Origin: Eledone cirrhosa
Lineage: Eukaryota
Direction of reading: 5' to 3'
Assembly: GCA_964016885.1 (NCBI GenBank)
Contig: OZ024745.1
Coordinates: forward strand, 50,220,001 to 50,284,000
Length of the DNA: 64,000 nucleotides
The notes under the pieces are model-generated. The model did not search any database and was not told the DNA's origin. It was given only the letters and a program-made list of their open reading frames with translations. Shown here piece after piece: positions 45,545 through 60,796 of the stretch. The position numbers and the translations under genes are program-made. Position 1 is the stretch's first letter; each line of letters starts with the position of its first letter.

Positions 45545-47914
45545 ATCTAGGAATTGTACTGAGTTACCATGTATAGTGATAAGCAGTGTATTGTCTTGTA
45601 GTGTGTGGGGGGGGGGGGGAGAGAAGGTTGTTAGCTAGAAAGTGGTGTTGTAGTTACGGGTTCGAATGTTAAGTTATTTTATAGTGAGAGAATTTAGCTT
45701 TTAGTTTGTGGTTGCAGTATAATGATCGTTCAATTCTATCGTTAAGTAGTTTGTTTTTGGATTTTAGTATGTAAAATAGCTCAAGGTTACATAACCTGCA
45801 GTACTTCGATCCACTCCGATATGCATTTGCGCTGGAAAGTATATCCCATTTTAAGGTGAACAGTTGGTTGTGTTCACGGAGTTGCCAGGTCTTGTTGGCG
45901 AGCGTGGTCACAAAACGGTGATTCGGATGTTTGATTGAGAATCGATGACGGTACCAGCGAGATTTAAACGATGTAGTGGTAGATCCGATATAATACCATT
46001 TCTGGTCGTTCGATTCAACCGTGCATTGGTAAACAATGTTGGACTTTAGGCATTCATTCTGCAATGGACATCTTTCAGGTAGATGGCAGTTACATTCTTT
46101 GTTGTGGGTAGCGGGTATACCATGGATAGGTTGTGATAGCGGTACAGGTGGGTTGTGCAATACCCGTCTCCCATTTAGTGGTTGGGAGGCAGATATTGCG
46201 TTCTGCCCATCTGTTACTAAAATGTTTTGTTTTGTAGAGTTGTTTAATTGCCTTAAGTTAAGTTTTTTTATGTATGCTTCAAGGTTTGGTGCCGTGGAGT
46301 ATGATAATCTAATAGTTTTAGAGTTCAGAATTTTGCTGTACTTATGGGAACTAGGGAAGTGTTTATTGATTAATTTAAAGAATGAAAGAGATAGTTTTGT
46401 ACTAATCGAGGCATTAAAAATAGGATTATACCAGATATACTTTCTACAACGTGATTTATTTGGTGGTGATCTTCTATTATTAGTATGTCTGGTAGTACCG
46501 TGTGTGTGTGCTTGTGTTTTAGTCCCCCGATTACGTATACCTTGATTACGTGTAGAGCTATGTGTGTTGTGGAAATTACTATCGATGTATTCTATTGTAT
46601 CCCGGTGGTCAGCATTCCTTAATGCATTATTGTAGTATTCAGCATGTTCACTAAAAATATCAGAGTTAGACGATAGGCGAGAGATTCTAAGAGAAATACT
46701 CCGGGGAAGTGATTTGATCATGGAGAGTGGGTGGTTAGAGTTAAAGTCAATATACGTAAGGTTCTCATTTACCTTGTGGAAGGACGCGCCAGTCACTCGT
46801 CTGAATCATATGGTTTTAAATCATGTAAAAACCCACCTACAAACCCTCACCTCGAAGCTTTCGAACAGGACTTATTGAAAACTACCATGAACATTAAGTT
46901 CAACAGACATAGAAATAGTGAGCTGCAGAACAACATGAAAGCACTACTCCGAAGATTGCAAAATACCAATGGAATTGTTGTGAAAGCTGATAAGACTTCT
47001 AACGTATATACCATGGATATCGATACGTATAATAACTTCATACGCAACGAACTACACAAAGAATATAGAAAAACAAATGAAACTACGCTAGCAAATATTA
47101 ACAACGAGGCATATAAAGTGGTAAAGAATCTCAAGATAGACGATAGAACCGAGCCGATTATACCCGCTATCCCCACCTTCAACCTGAAGGACCATAAGGT
47201 AAACTTTGACTCTAACCCTAAGATTAGACTTATATGCCCTTCTAAATCAGACATAGGGAAAATTAGTAAACATATACTTGACAGAGTAATAACTCAAGTG
47301 AAAAAGAAAATTGAAATTAAATTATGGGGCAATACTAACGAAGCAATTCGCTGGTTTAATAATGTTAAGAATAAGAATAAATCTAAGTTTATACAATTTG
47401 ACATAGACGAATACTACTCTTGCATCTCACCAAGCACTTTACGTAAGGCCCTATCGTTTGCTAAGGCCAATTCCGACCTAACGGAGGACGAAATTAATAT
47501 TATTCTCGAGGCTAGAAAAACCATTATTAAGTTCGATAACTGCTACTGGGAACGTAAGGACAGACCCACAAATTTCGACATTACCATGGGTTCCAACGAC
47601 TCGGCGGAGGTCACGGATCTCGTGGGAATTTACATAGCCCACATATTACATAGTAGATTTAGTAATCTACAGGGGGGGGGGGGATATATAGAGATGACGG
47701 GCTCTTATTAGTTAATAACTTGAATAACCAAAATCTTGAAAGGCTACGGAAAAATATTAGAAAATCTTTTAGTGAACTGGGTCTAAAAATAACATACGAA
47801 TACAATCTTAAAGTAGTAAACTTTCTGGACGTAACTCTTAATTTAAATACCGGACAGATACGACCCTTCCACAAGGTAAATGAGAACCTTACGTATATTG
47901 ACTTTAACTCTAAC
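45545..47914. mobile_element. Penelope-like element, Hydra-clade-like, with 5' inversion
   Basis: Plus 46785-47914: KADKT, FDIDEYY, MGSNDSAE, YRDDG after a G-run frameshift. Minus 45669-46784: WYNP, LSYS, CNC-x5-CPL, NIVY..YIGST (GIY-YIG), CRLC. Confidence 0.85.
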
Positions 47915-47915
47915 C

Positions 47916-48345
47916 TTTACTTATGGTCATGAAGCTTGGGTAATGACCGAAAGAATACGAGTACGAATACAAGCGACCGAAATGGGGTTCCCCCGAAGTG
48001 TCTTTGGAATAACAATAGTCGATAAAGTGCGTAGCTCGGGGATGAGAGAATCACTCCAGGTGGAGCTGCTACTTCTCCGAATTGAGACGTCACAGCTCCA
48101 ATACTATGAGCATGTGGTTAGAATATCCCAGAAAAGAATCGCTGGACAGATTTTATGGTGTAAACCAACTGGCAGGATACCCATAGGTAGAACCCAAGCA
48201 AGATGGTCGGATAACATCCATTAACTTGAGTGGTCCCGCATGGGGATCCAGACGGATCAGTTGGAGACGGTTGGTTCTGACAGGAAGGAGTGTTTGAAAA
48301 CTCTGTCCCCATCACCCTCTCAGGAATAAGTGGGCGAAGAAGATA
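47916..48345 (+). mobile_element. RTE 3' fragment
   Basis: TYGHEAWVMTERIR...GRTQARWSD; homologous to 13620-14830 with a single 49-bp unit. Confidence 0.85.
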
Positions 48346-48432
48346 TATATCCGTATGTGGTTGAGACTAAATGAAAAGAGCACTCAATATCGAAGTAGAT
48401 TTTTAATAAAAGAATAATATATATATATATAT

Positions 48433-48459
48433 ATATATATAAAACTGAGGATGTGTGTG

Positions 48460-48491
<32 letters not shown>

Positions 48492-49093
48492 ATTGTGTGT
48501 GTGTGTGAGTTTGAATCCCTAAAACTCGAGAAGTAACCAACCGATTTTTTTCAAACTTTACATGTGTATTACTTATGTTTCAGGGAGTGTTAGGCACATT
48601 AAAAAGTTCAACCTTTTGATCCCCTATTAGGTGAAAAACTACGTTTTTTCGGGTTTTTAATGTTTTTTCGAGGCGTTACGTCAGACCAATTTCCTTGAAA
48701 TTGTAACTATCTATTAGTCAGTCTCTTCTTCAATACCGTGAGCAAAAAAATCCAACTTTTTAATGGTCTAGGGCCCGCATTAGGTGAAAAACTTCATTTT
48801 TTCAGCTTTTTAGAGCTTTTTTGAGGCGTTACGTCTACCTGATTTTCCCGAAATTTCAAGGCATATCATGCACATAAAAAATTCTATTTCTTGATCCCCT
48901 AGGGCCCGCATTTGGTGAAAACCTGCATTTTTCCTGCTTCATCGAGGAAAATCTTAAAGATTATCTAGCCATCAGAGTATTCGGTTTATTTTCTTTACAT
49001 ATTGTCCAGGTATACAGTTTTCCACGATTAGGTCTGTTGGAGGCCCGCGTTCCAAAATACCTTATCCCGTGCAACGCTGGGTACCACTGCTAG
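48433..49093 (+). mobile_element. Non-autonomous Helitron-like element
   Basis: Highly similar to 62350-62967; 3' hairpin CCCGTGCAACGCTGGG then CTAG|T; no TSD. Confidence 0.7.
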
Positions 49094-49113
49094 TATATAT
49101 ATATATATATATA

Positions 49114-49770
49114 CACGAGGTCTGTCAGAAAAGTAACGGGACTGGTATCAGAAACATGTTTATTCAATTCCAAACAAGCTGCATAGTTTGCCCTTCGAGT
49201 CTAATGCACTTTTCCATTCTTCTCTACAACGGTTCTTTGCAATGCTGGAAGTATTCTTCTGGGATGCCCCTCTACTCTTTCTTCTTGCCGTCTTTGTGAC
49301 CTCCACGCCTTCAAACCTGGTCCCTTTTATGACTCACTTGAACTTGGTGAAAATAAAAGGTCACACAGAGCCAGATCAGGTGAATAAGGAGGTTGTTCCA
49401 GTACGGCGATGTTCTTTTCGGCCAGGGACAGCCGGATGATGAGGGTCATGTAAGCCGGCAATTTTCCGCATGCCCAAATCTTTGGTGATAATCTTCCAAA
49501 CGCTGTGACGGTTCATGCCCAAGTCGCTTGCGATCAGCCAAGCAGTCAGAAAAGGATCGCTACTCACCTCCTACCTCACGCGCTCAACGTTGGCCTCAGT
49601 TTTGCTCGTTGAAGGCTGCCCTAACCTGAGGTCGTTTTTTACGTTCTCACATCCTTTTAAACCTTCTGTGCTAATCGAAAATCCATTAGCGCGACATCGT
49701 CCCATCATTGTACACTTCCTGCAGTATTCCGACTGCTTTTAACGGTGGGACCATACATTTCGATGGCCTG
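49114..49770 (-). mobile_element. mariner/Tc1 relic
   Basis: TA|CACGAGGTCTGTCAGAAAAGTA TIR-like end; HTH remnant IASDLGMNRHSVWKIITKDLGMRK. Confidence 0.7.
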
Positions 49771-50046
49771 AAATTGCAGAGAGCTGAGATCGCAGTTATA
49801 TACTCCTTAGATATTACGTTATACAGCGACGTAACCTGCTAATCCTCAAGCCACTCATTATTTTCTTTGTTACTTTCTGTATTCTAAATAAATTGATAAA
49901 ATTGTTATGCAATATTTAAATACCTTTAAACATCTTTTATTCCAAAGAAAATTACATACGATAGATAATAATAAGTGCCTTATAAATAGATTTAAGCACA
50001 GTACAGACCGGAGCAAAGGTTGGGAGGCCGCTAGATTATATATATA

Positions 50047-50446
<400 letters not shown>

Positions 50447-50447
50447 A

Positions 50448-50543
<96 letters not shown>

Positions 50544-51482
50544 TATATATATTTATATATATATATGTATATATATTTATATTTAATACAATAACAGAGA
50601 TAGTTTAAAGCTAAACTCTGACTGGTAACCATCTCACTCAACAAACATTAGGTTATATTAAAATATAAACCCAATTTAAGTGTTTGGGGTGCTAACAATA
50701 TGTATAATGTGGAAAAACCAGTTGTATTATTTTATGAGATATAATTAAAGTTAAAGTATATCTCTCTTTCCAAACAATTGTTTCATTATAAGTTTTCTAC
50801 AAGTTTGGGAGAATGTTTCCAGTTTATGTAGAAGCCTAATATATATTCATGTAAGAATATATTTAGGTGGGCACTTATAAATCATCAGTGGAAGCCCGTT
50901 AAACATTGATATAAGAAAACAATTTCTTACCGCTGTCAAAAATCATATCCGTAAAGTTGCTCTCTCTCACCTCGAATGACTGCCAAATTTGAAATTCCAG
51001 CAGTTTTTGACTGAGGAAGTATCATAGCGACACGAAGCGGGAAGGGGAGACAACCCACGATCCACGAAATGAGGAAAAAAAAATAATATACACGCGGGTT
51101 AATTAGTTTTTTTGAAAACATTATCAATCCAACGTGTTTAAGAACTCAATTGAAAATAAAAAAATAAATATATGCTTGTATAAATTACACACGCATATAG
51201 ATATTTTCTTAGGCTAAATCAGAAGTTGTACCCGAATAAGAACCGCTTCTCATAACCGCAGTAAATGCAGAAAGTTATGCTATAAAGGGCAAATGGGAAT
51301 ATAATTCTCCAGCCGAATTATTAAGAGTAAAATATAAAACACACGCGGGTTAATTAGTTATTTCAAAACCAATATTAATTCCTCGTGTAAAGAACTCATT
51401 TAATAAAAGAAAATAAATACATATATGCATGTAATTATATACGTAGGCATATATATATATTTTCCTAGAAGTTACAACCAAA

Positions 51483-51514
<32 letters not shown>

Positions 51515-51523
51515 GTGTGTGTG

Positions 51524-51669
<146 letters not shown>

Positions 51670-51791
51670 CCCAAATACACTATGTAGTTATGCCAGAGAA
51701 GTCAAGAACCTGTTATTGGGGCAAGTTTAGAATGTTGTAAACAATCCTATTTATTTTATCAAATGACACACACACATGTACACGCGCGCGT

Positions 51792-51849
<58 letters not shown>

Positions 51850-52830
51850 ACACACATGAATTTACAAATGAATAAAGTCACCTTTGAATTTTATGTTTCT
51901 ATAGGTTGTATAATTACTTCGAAATCATGTGGAGTAATAGTGAAGAAGGGAAAAAGGCACACATCCAAATGTAAAGTGTTGATTGTGTGTGAATATAGAA
52001 TCTCAATGTAGTAAATTTACTAACCAGTGTATTGATGTTGGTTGCCAGAACCCCACCCCCTGCCAACAGGGCTACGTGTGCGTGTGTACATATGTGTGTG
52101 GCTACATCATCAACTGTTCTTTCTGTATGTTGCGGGGCAGAGAAATAGACTAAGTTCTGTAACAGAGCGAAAAGAAGACTCTGCTAACTAGGGGCAGAAT
52201 CTTTTGTATTTATAAGGATTGTGCACCTAGAAAACTTTTAAACATTTTAAACATTTAAAACATTTTAAACATTTTAAACATTTTAAACAAAGGCAATAAG
52301 TTCTTTTTATCGACGTCGTTAATTTAAACAAAAGATTTGGTATCTCAGTGTGTGCATGTATTGACACTAACAGCCTGCATTCACGAGGGCTACATTTAAG
52401 CAATCTATAGTGCAAGGGAAGTAACTCTAAACTTTTAAACCAGTGAATCCATCCAGAGTTATTGCCTTTATTGAACTATATTGTATCACGTTATTGAACT
52501 ATATTGTATCACGAACATGTCGTATAGAGTCTGCCTTACATTCACTTACTAGATTGTTCAGAAACTCTATGACACTATTTATCCCAATGTAGACATTATT
52601 AAAAACCTACGAACTGTAAACAGGATTTTTCAGTGCATGAAAGCTACAAAAAGAATTCAACAACTGAAACGTTTATCTGCTTTATAGTTGTTTCGTTGTT
52701 ACACCTTTTATTTTTCATTACACTCCCTTTTCACTTCAATTTTCTTTCTTCGTCTCTCTCTTGTACATTCTTCTACGTTTATTGACAGTTAGTGATGTGT
52801 TCTTCACTACATACACACATTTATGTTAAT

Positions 52831-52889
<59 letters not shown>

Positions 52890-53360
52890 TGTGTCAAAAT
52901 AAAGATCCGAAGGCATGGTATCAATTTCCAATCATTTTAATCACGACACATGTTTCAATAAGAGATAGATCGATCGTGCGGCTATGATCGATTATCACTG
53001 ATCTCGTAATCTTCATATAGGGGACAAAACTCTAGTGAGTGAACATCGTTAAATTTTCTCCCTCATATCAAGGATTTGAAGACAATTCATTTTCACCTGA
53101 CGAGATCAGTGATAATCGATCATGGCCGCACGATCGATCTATCACTTATTGAAACATGTGTCGTGATTAAAATGATTGGAAATTTATACCATGCCTTCGG
53201 ATCTTTATTTTGATACAAATACTCCGTTTTACATCATCTAGCTGTCCCCATAAATGGAATTGGAGATATACAAAAGCGTGGAGAACTTAATATTGGTAAC
53301 AAAAGTTTATTGGACCGTATGACACAACCAATAATACACCTTACTATATAACAACTATAT
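52890..53360. mobile_element. Fold-back pLTR-like cassette with HHR
   Basis: Arms 52890-53007 / 53100-53217; absent from the duplicate at 43565-45478. Confidence 0.8.
53093..53166 (+). ncRNA. Type I hammerhead ribozyme (GUC, long stem II)
   Basis: TCAC CTGACGA [GATCAGTGATA ATCGATC..GATCGAT C TATCACTTATT] GAAAC ATGT GTC GTGA. Confidence 0.8.
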
Positions 53361-53417
53361 ATGTATGTGTGTGTATACACACACACACACACAAACACAC
53401 ACATTTATGTTAATGTT

Positions 53418-53453
<36 letters not shown>

Positions 53454-54244
53454 TAAGTGTGAGTATGTGTATGTGTGCGGGTTGTGTGTGTGCGATGTCA
53501 ATCGACTTTTAATTTCTAATAAATCCTCGGGTTAGGTCTATTCATTAGAATCTTTGAGTTTTCTTTTCACGTGATATAACGCAAGTCTGTGATTTTCTTT
53601 GGCATGACTTCTATAATTCTTTGGAGTGAGAGACCCCTAGTCTTTATTAAGACATCTCTATAGAAAAAGGTCAGTTTGATATAAAATCTGCGACTTAGTT
53701 TGCATCCAATGATGACTCCCAGTTCTTCTTTTTGAGCAAATGCATTCAATGTTTATAGAGTGAGATTGGACCCGTGCAAAGCCTTTCCTCACTTAAAAAA
53801 GCTTCACGTACCGTGAAGTATGTATGTATGTATGTATGTATGTATGTATGTATGTATGTATGTATGTATGTATGTATGTATGTATGTATGTATGTATGTA
53901 TGTATTTATGTATGAATATCGGGTCACTCTTGAGTGCTACTGGTAACATGTAACCCAGTACAACCTCTCGCAAGGTCGGGTTATCAACGACTAAACCAGC
54001 AACCCCACCAAGTTTACTTGGTGAGGATGGTTTTTTTGGACACCCTGCAGAACAAAAAACAAAACCTAAGAAAGGGCGGAAGAACTCATGAGGGTCAACG
54101 GCCATCCAAAAGTGTGTAAATATGTATATACACATGTACATATGTATGTATATGTATATGTGTATATACATAGGTGCATGTGTATGGATATACGCGGGGA
54201 CATAGAAATATTCGGGCTGGGCACCCGATCGCGCGGTTAAACTA

Positions 54245-57200
54245 CTGAGAGTTCTTCAAGCGTCTGGAACGTCTCTCTCCTTAGTGTTAGCGGGGACTGG
54301 AATGGCATCTTAGATGCACGTTGGGACTATGTAGGAGCTTGTGATAATAGAGGGGGGTGTAATAGCCTCAAAAATCTCATTAGCCAATTCCAACTGGCTG
54401 ATAGATATCGACTAGACTTCCCAAGTGTACCACTGTGGACGTGGAGCAACCGCACTGGGTCTTCTAGATCGTATTTAGAAAGATTTTTAATTAGACAGAA
54501 TCATAAGGAAACATTAAGCTGTCACAAATGCACATGGTTGCCTATTCAAACCACACATTAGTCACCTGCGTAGTCAACCTTGATAGAACTCATAGACAGA
54601 GACCCGGATACTGGAACCTAAACATGTCGCTTCCGGCGCGTAAGGCCTACAGTAAACGGATTAGCACCTTAGTTAAGTACCAGTTGACGGGGCGATCATC
54701 AACAACAGGTGGTGGAGCTCTCTCAAGAGAGCAATTAGAATAGAATCCATAGCATTTAGCAAGGAAGTAGCTTTAGAAAAAAACAAAACCGAAAAGGAAC
54801 TGGTAGCTAAAGTAGAAGAGGCACTTAGGAATGGCAGTACAGCTGACGTACTAGCGGCGAGAACGGCACTAAACAGTTCGTCAACGTGAAACACGAAGGT
54901 TGTATTGTCAGAAGTATAACACGTGCTCTAAGAAACGTGGGAGCCAAAGCTGTTAGCTGGGCCTGAGTGGCGGAGGCGAAAAGTGGCAACAAATCCACAA
55001 TTCGGTCTTTGCAAGACAAAGATGGATGCATTCTACTTGAATCCAAGCAGATGTCCACGGCCTTCCAGTAGCACTTTGCACAACTGTTCAGGCAAAGCGG
55101 AACGTCGAGCGAGGTGATGGACTTCAGTTTCTACCTCGACGGCCTACCACAAATCTCGAGCACGGATGCGGAGAGGTGCGAAAGGCCGATCACAGCAGGC
55201 GAAATAGAAGATGCCCTTGGCCGCTGTGGGAAACGCAAATCACCCGGTTTAGATGGTCTACCCTATAAGTTTTACATAGGCTTGCCAGACTTGTTCTCTG
55301 GTGTCCTCGAAGCGGTCTACTGCAACTGACAGCAGAACGGGAGGATTCCCAGTCCTGTAGGCAAAGGCGTAGTAACGCTGATCAGGAAAGATGAGAATAA
55401 GGGGGATGAGATAAACAATTTCAGGCTGATAACTCTGCTCAACACAGAGTTAAAGATTTTGGCCAAGGTGTTAGCAACGAGGCTGGCGCTTGTCGTCGAG
55501 AACGTGGTAGGGGAGGCGCAAACGTGTGAAATCACGACCAGGTCCATACACGACAACCTCCACCTCATGCGATACATCATAGAGAGGGTAGGGTGTAAAC
55601 TTAGCTTCGGTAGGGCTCTGATCAATTTAGACCAGTCTAAGGCATTTGATAGGTTGACCATCAACACCTGGAAGCGGTTCTCAAGGCGGCAGGCTTCGGT
55701 CCCGTCTTCAGAGGCTGGATCGCTGCCATGCACACCAGCATCTGCTCGGCAGTCAAGGTGAATGGATACCTATCGGAGCCATTCCAAATCATGCGTTCCA
55801 TCCGTCAGGGATGCGCTTTCTCCTCCATTCTGTATGTACTGACTATAGAGCCATTACTGCGGATGTTGGAGCTGTTGCAGGGTATCCCGATTGAACCAGG
55901 ACTGTGGAAAGCAGCATCGGCCTATGCCGACGACGTAACCGTAATGGTGTCGAAAACCTTGGAAATCGGGGTAATCGGCAACCTATTACAGGAATACGAA
56001 ACGTTGACAGGGGCAAGACTAAACCCAAACAAGTCTGTCGGTTTGCAAGTCGGCACATGAAGAGGCAAACCCATGCCTTCCAACAGTGTCGTTGGACGCT
56101 GGGCGAAAGGACCGGTGAAATTGCTCGGGGTCAGGTTTGGTCCAGACCTCCAGGTGGACAAGAACTAGAACGAGATCACGGCGAAGGTGTTTGCACTCAC
56201 CCAGAAGTGGGCTGAGTGCAAACTCTCCTTGAAGGTCGAGCGGAGGTGGCGAACACTTACTTAGCGTCCGTTATCTCCTACCGCTTGACACTCGTGCCTT
56301 GTCCCCACTAACACCTCACCAAAATGGAACGCCTACTGTTCAAGTTCCTCTGGAAGAAACAGGCTACATTGGTGAGGAGATCCATCTGCTGTCAACACCT
56401 TTCTAACGGAGGGCTGGGCTTGCCGTGGCTGATGATGCGCAAACACGCGCTGAGGCTACGTCATCTCCAGGTATTCCTGATCCTGACCGGTGAACCGGTG
56501 TGGCTGTCGTTTGTGAGAGACACGCTCTTCCACAACTCGTCTCACTGACAGAGCTGCAGTCCTGGGTCAAGCGAAGACCGAAAATGGACGCCTGGCACCT
56601 CGAGTGCCTTCAGGCGCTCACAGCCCTTTGCCAAGCAGAAACGGCAATCAGCGGAGACTCCACTTCGAAATTCTATAGGGGATTAGTGGAGGATAAGTGC
56701 CACGACGTTCTCGGGGAAACTCTAGGCATCAAGGAGGACGAAGTGACCAGTCTATTCGGGAGGACTTACCATCCATGGACAATGGATAACTTCCACAGGT
56801 CTCTGGCCTGGCAGTGCGACCGAGGAGCTCTACCAGTTCGAGACAAAATCTACAGGCACGTATGCCCTAGCAGAGATCCTGCTAAAAGGACCTGTCCAAG
56901 ATGTGAGCAGGTCATCGAAACCGTTCTGCACGCAATTGTTCAGTGCCCAGGAGTAACCGACCTGTGGAATTACGTCGAACAGCTACTGTCACGTGTGGGA
57001 CGCATCCTGTTGTCAGCCGAGTCCATCGTGAGGATCACCCCGCCCCCTTCATTTAAGAATGAAGGAGAGGCGGTTTTCCTTTGTCTCGTGGCTATGGCGA
57101 AAAAGGTAATATGGTGGACGAGGTTAAAAGGACTGAGGGCAAACACCTTTCTCTCCGGACAACTTATCCCCTTCTTTAAGTACCACTTCAGAAGGAAGGT

Positions 57201-57556
57201 GAGAGTGGAGTGAGAGGTGTTACACCCCAGTAAATTCGCTAAAAGGTAGGTGAATGTGGCGAAAATGGCCCGAGTGAATGGGCCTTCTCTGTATATAAAC
57301 CTGTCGGTTGAGGAAGATAAACAGAGGGAAGACGGGAACACCTACAAAACGTGTTCCTCGTGTTGAGGGTTGTTCCATCCACGGGGTGTAAAACAACTCT
57401 GCAGTAACGTTCCCCCCTATTGGGGATTTCAATTGTTATTTTATTATATATAGTTTATTGTTATTTATTAATGTTATATGATTTATATGTAAAACCCCCG
57501 CCGTCACGTATTGTAATGTCCCAATTGTGTACGCCCCTGTGGCAAATAAAGAAAGA
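54245..57556 (+). mobile_element. Tx1-clade LINE, 5'-truncated in APE, many stops and frameshifts
   Basis: KSPGLDG, KAFDR, RQGC, YADD, CPRC..HAIVQC; close relative of 934-6670; ends GTGGCAAATAAAGAAAGAT-(CT)n. Confidence 0.93.
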
Positions 57557-58150
<594 letters not shown>

Positions 58151-58907
58151 TGTAGCAGTATCTGTTAGAACACGAAAAGTGTGAAACACAGAATGTTCAC
58201 TTTTCGTGTTCTAACATATATGCCTAGCTTCTTTAAAAAATTTTCGGGGATAGCCGTGGTGGTGGTGATCGTATGTCATTGGCTAATTTTCAACCAATCA
58301 GAGTACCTCTCTCTATATCTCTTCCACTGTTACTTACGCCTGTTTCTCTCTATCTGTTCCGTCTCTATATATATCTCTTACTCTTTCGCTTTGCACTCCT
58401 CCCGTTCAATACCATCTCTCCCCCTCTCTATATATTTGTTACTCTATCGCTGCACGCTCCTCTCCTTCAATATATCAATTACACACGCTTTACACTCCTT
58501 TATCCCCAGCGCCCCTATATATACACCCCCCCCTCTCCCGCATCTATATTTTAATGTACCGTTGCACCGTGAATATATGTCTCTATATATATATACATAT
58601 ATATTGTATATACACATTCATGTATGTGTATACACACTCATGTATGTATATACACTGGTTTTATGTGTGTATTGTAAATTTGTACTGTTAAAACACGAAA
58701 CTAACATTCGATTGACACTTTGATTACCTGTACAGGCAATAGTTATTAGAATGCTGTTGAAGTGTGTATATATTTTGGGGGGACATCCTGTATATACACA
58801 CATTATATATAATACAATAAACAGATAAATACACACATATATATATGAGCTTATTTAATTATAAATATTGTGAATTTTTAACTCAGTTCAATTATATATA
58901 TAAATGG

Positions 58908-58949
58908 CTTCTACAGGACTAGAACTGTTTCATTCGAAAGAAATCATCA
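58908..58949 (-). ncRNA. 5'-truncated hammerhead motif
   Basis: TGATGA T TTC TTTC GAA T GAA ACAG..CTGT A GAAG; C3 and the 5' strand of stem I are missing. Confidence 0.45.
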
Positions 58950-59561
58950 TAATATTGAGAGGGGGGACTAGATAAAATATTTCAAATCAAATGTGTATAA
59001 GTTATAAGTTAAAATGTATAAATAGAGACGATAGTGGAGGTATATCTGTTTAGTGGAACAGTAGACGATAGAATTAAATACAGACGATAATCTCCCTTTA
59101 ATGAAACAGCAGACGATAGAATTAAGGCAATTTAAATTTTAAGCATTTGCATTTTTGCCTTTCATCGTTACGGGGTCGATAAAATAAAGTACCAGTAATA
59201 CACTGTCACTAGACGACTTTCAAATTGAATTGTTGGTTCCATTTCTTTAGTATTTTCAATTGTAGTTATCTACTTAAAAAGCGTTACACGGTTAGAGACA
59301 TAATTCGTAAGTTATATCTTCCCTATTAAACCATTGCATTATTTCGCCTACAATAGAACAAAAATGAAATGTTCTTTAAAGAAACAGGAATATAACTTTA
59401 TAAAAAAAAAAGTTGCATCCGCTTCTTTTATCATTGATAATTTTTTCGTTTTAATATTAATTGTTTTTTGTAGTTGTTTATATTAAAAATCTTACTGTAA
59501 TATTTACTTAAACGAAGGCAAACATCTAAACTTATAGATTAATCTTGAGCGAAGGACTAGA

Positions 59562-59682
<121 letters not shown>

Positions 59683-60074
59683 GAAGAATGATAAAATTTC
59701 AAGCAAAGAGTTTAATTAGGTATATTTTGTAATATTATTAACTAATTATTATAATTAACGCGCATATTTTGCTATCCTCAAACACGTTTACACATGGCAT
59801 GAAATATAACTAATCCGAGATGGCTAGGTTTCATCTTCTAACTGGATAAACGAAATCCATTATGTCTTGACAACAACATGAGGTAACATTATGTTATTCA
59901 CAGACACACTTTGTACACTGTTCCATATCAGAATGTATTTCCTTCGTCACATTCACAAACAGTATTGAAAATATGTTCTTCGGCAAATAAAAATGTTTTG
60001 TTCATAATATTTCAACTAGCGATTGCTCTACTTCACGCACGACCACCATAAATTAATGACCAGCTCAACACAAG

Positions 60075-60240
60075 TATTGGTAGAGCGTCAGACACCATGC
60101 TTTGCAGTATTGTTATGGTCCTTTGCATTCTAAGTTCAAATCCTGCCGAGGTTAACTTCGACTTTCATACTTACTAATTCGATAAAATAAAGTACCAGTA
60201 ATGGACTGCCGTAATGGATTTGTGCCGAAAAATAGAAACA
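60075..60240 (+). mobile_element. Meta-like SINE, diverged
   Basis: GTTCAAATCC B box and TCGATAAAATAAAGTACCAG core. Confidence 0.75.
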
Positions 60241-60796
60241 CTATTAATGTGCAATAAGAGCAAAATATAACGACATTGCTCAATTATTTTATCTAATGTT
60301 GTAATAACACAAGGAAATGTTGTTTGTGTATTTTTTTTTATATTTGCTCATAGGCTTTTACAATTTCGCTCAGCCAACAACTATTAAAAAGTGAGTTGCT
60401 TAAGATAACAATTTAATCACAAATTGTTGCTATCTTTTAATACACTCCAACAAGTCATCAAATTATGTACAATAAAAACAAATCTTATTAATTTGCTCAG
60501 GGAATATAAAGAAAATGTATATACACTGATAATTGCAAATGTATGTAAATATTTTGTTTTTGTATTGTATATTTTATGTTTTCTATTATGTATAATATAT
60601 TGATTTAATATTGATTGTTTTTTGTAGTTGTTTATATTAAAAGTCTGAAAATATTTTTATACATCTTACACTAATATTTATAAGATAATTTATAATAACA
60701 ATTACATAATCTAATTACATTACAACGATAATTTATTATTAATATATATCCTGTTTAACTAGAGTTATTACAAGCGTTGCCTTAAAAAAATATTAA

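Noticed and set aside
47880-48224. PLE-RTE fusion protein
   Set aside because: A chance in-frame junction between two truncated insertions.
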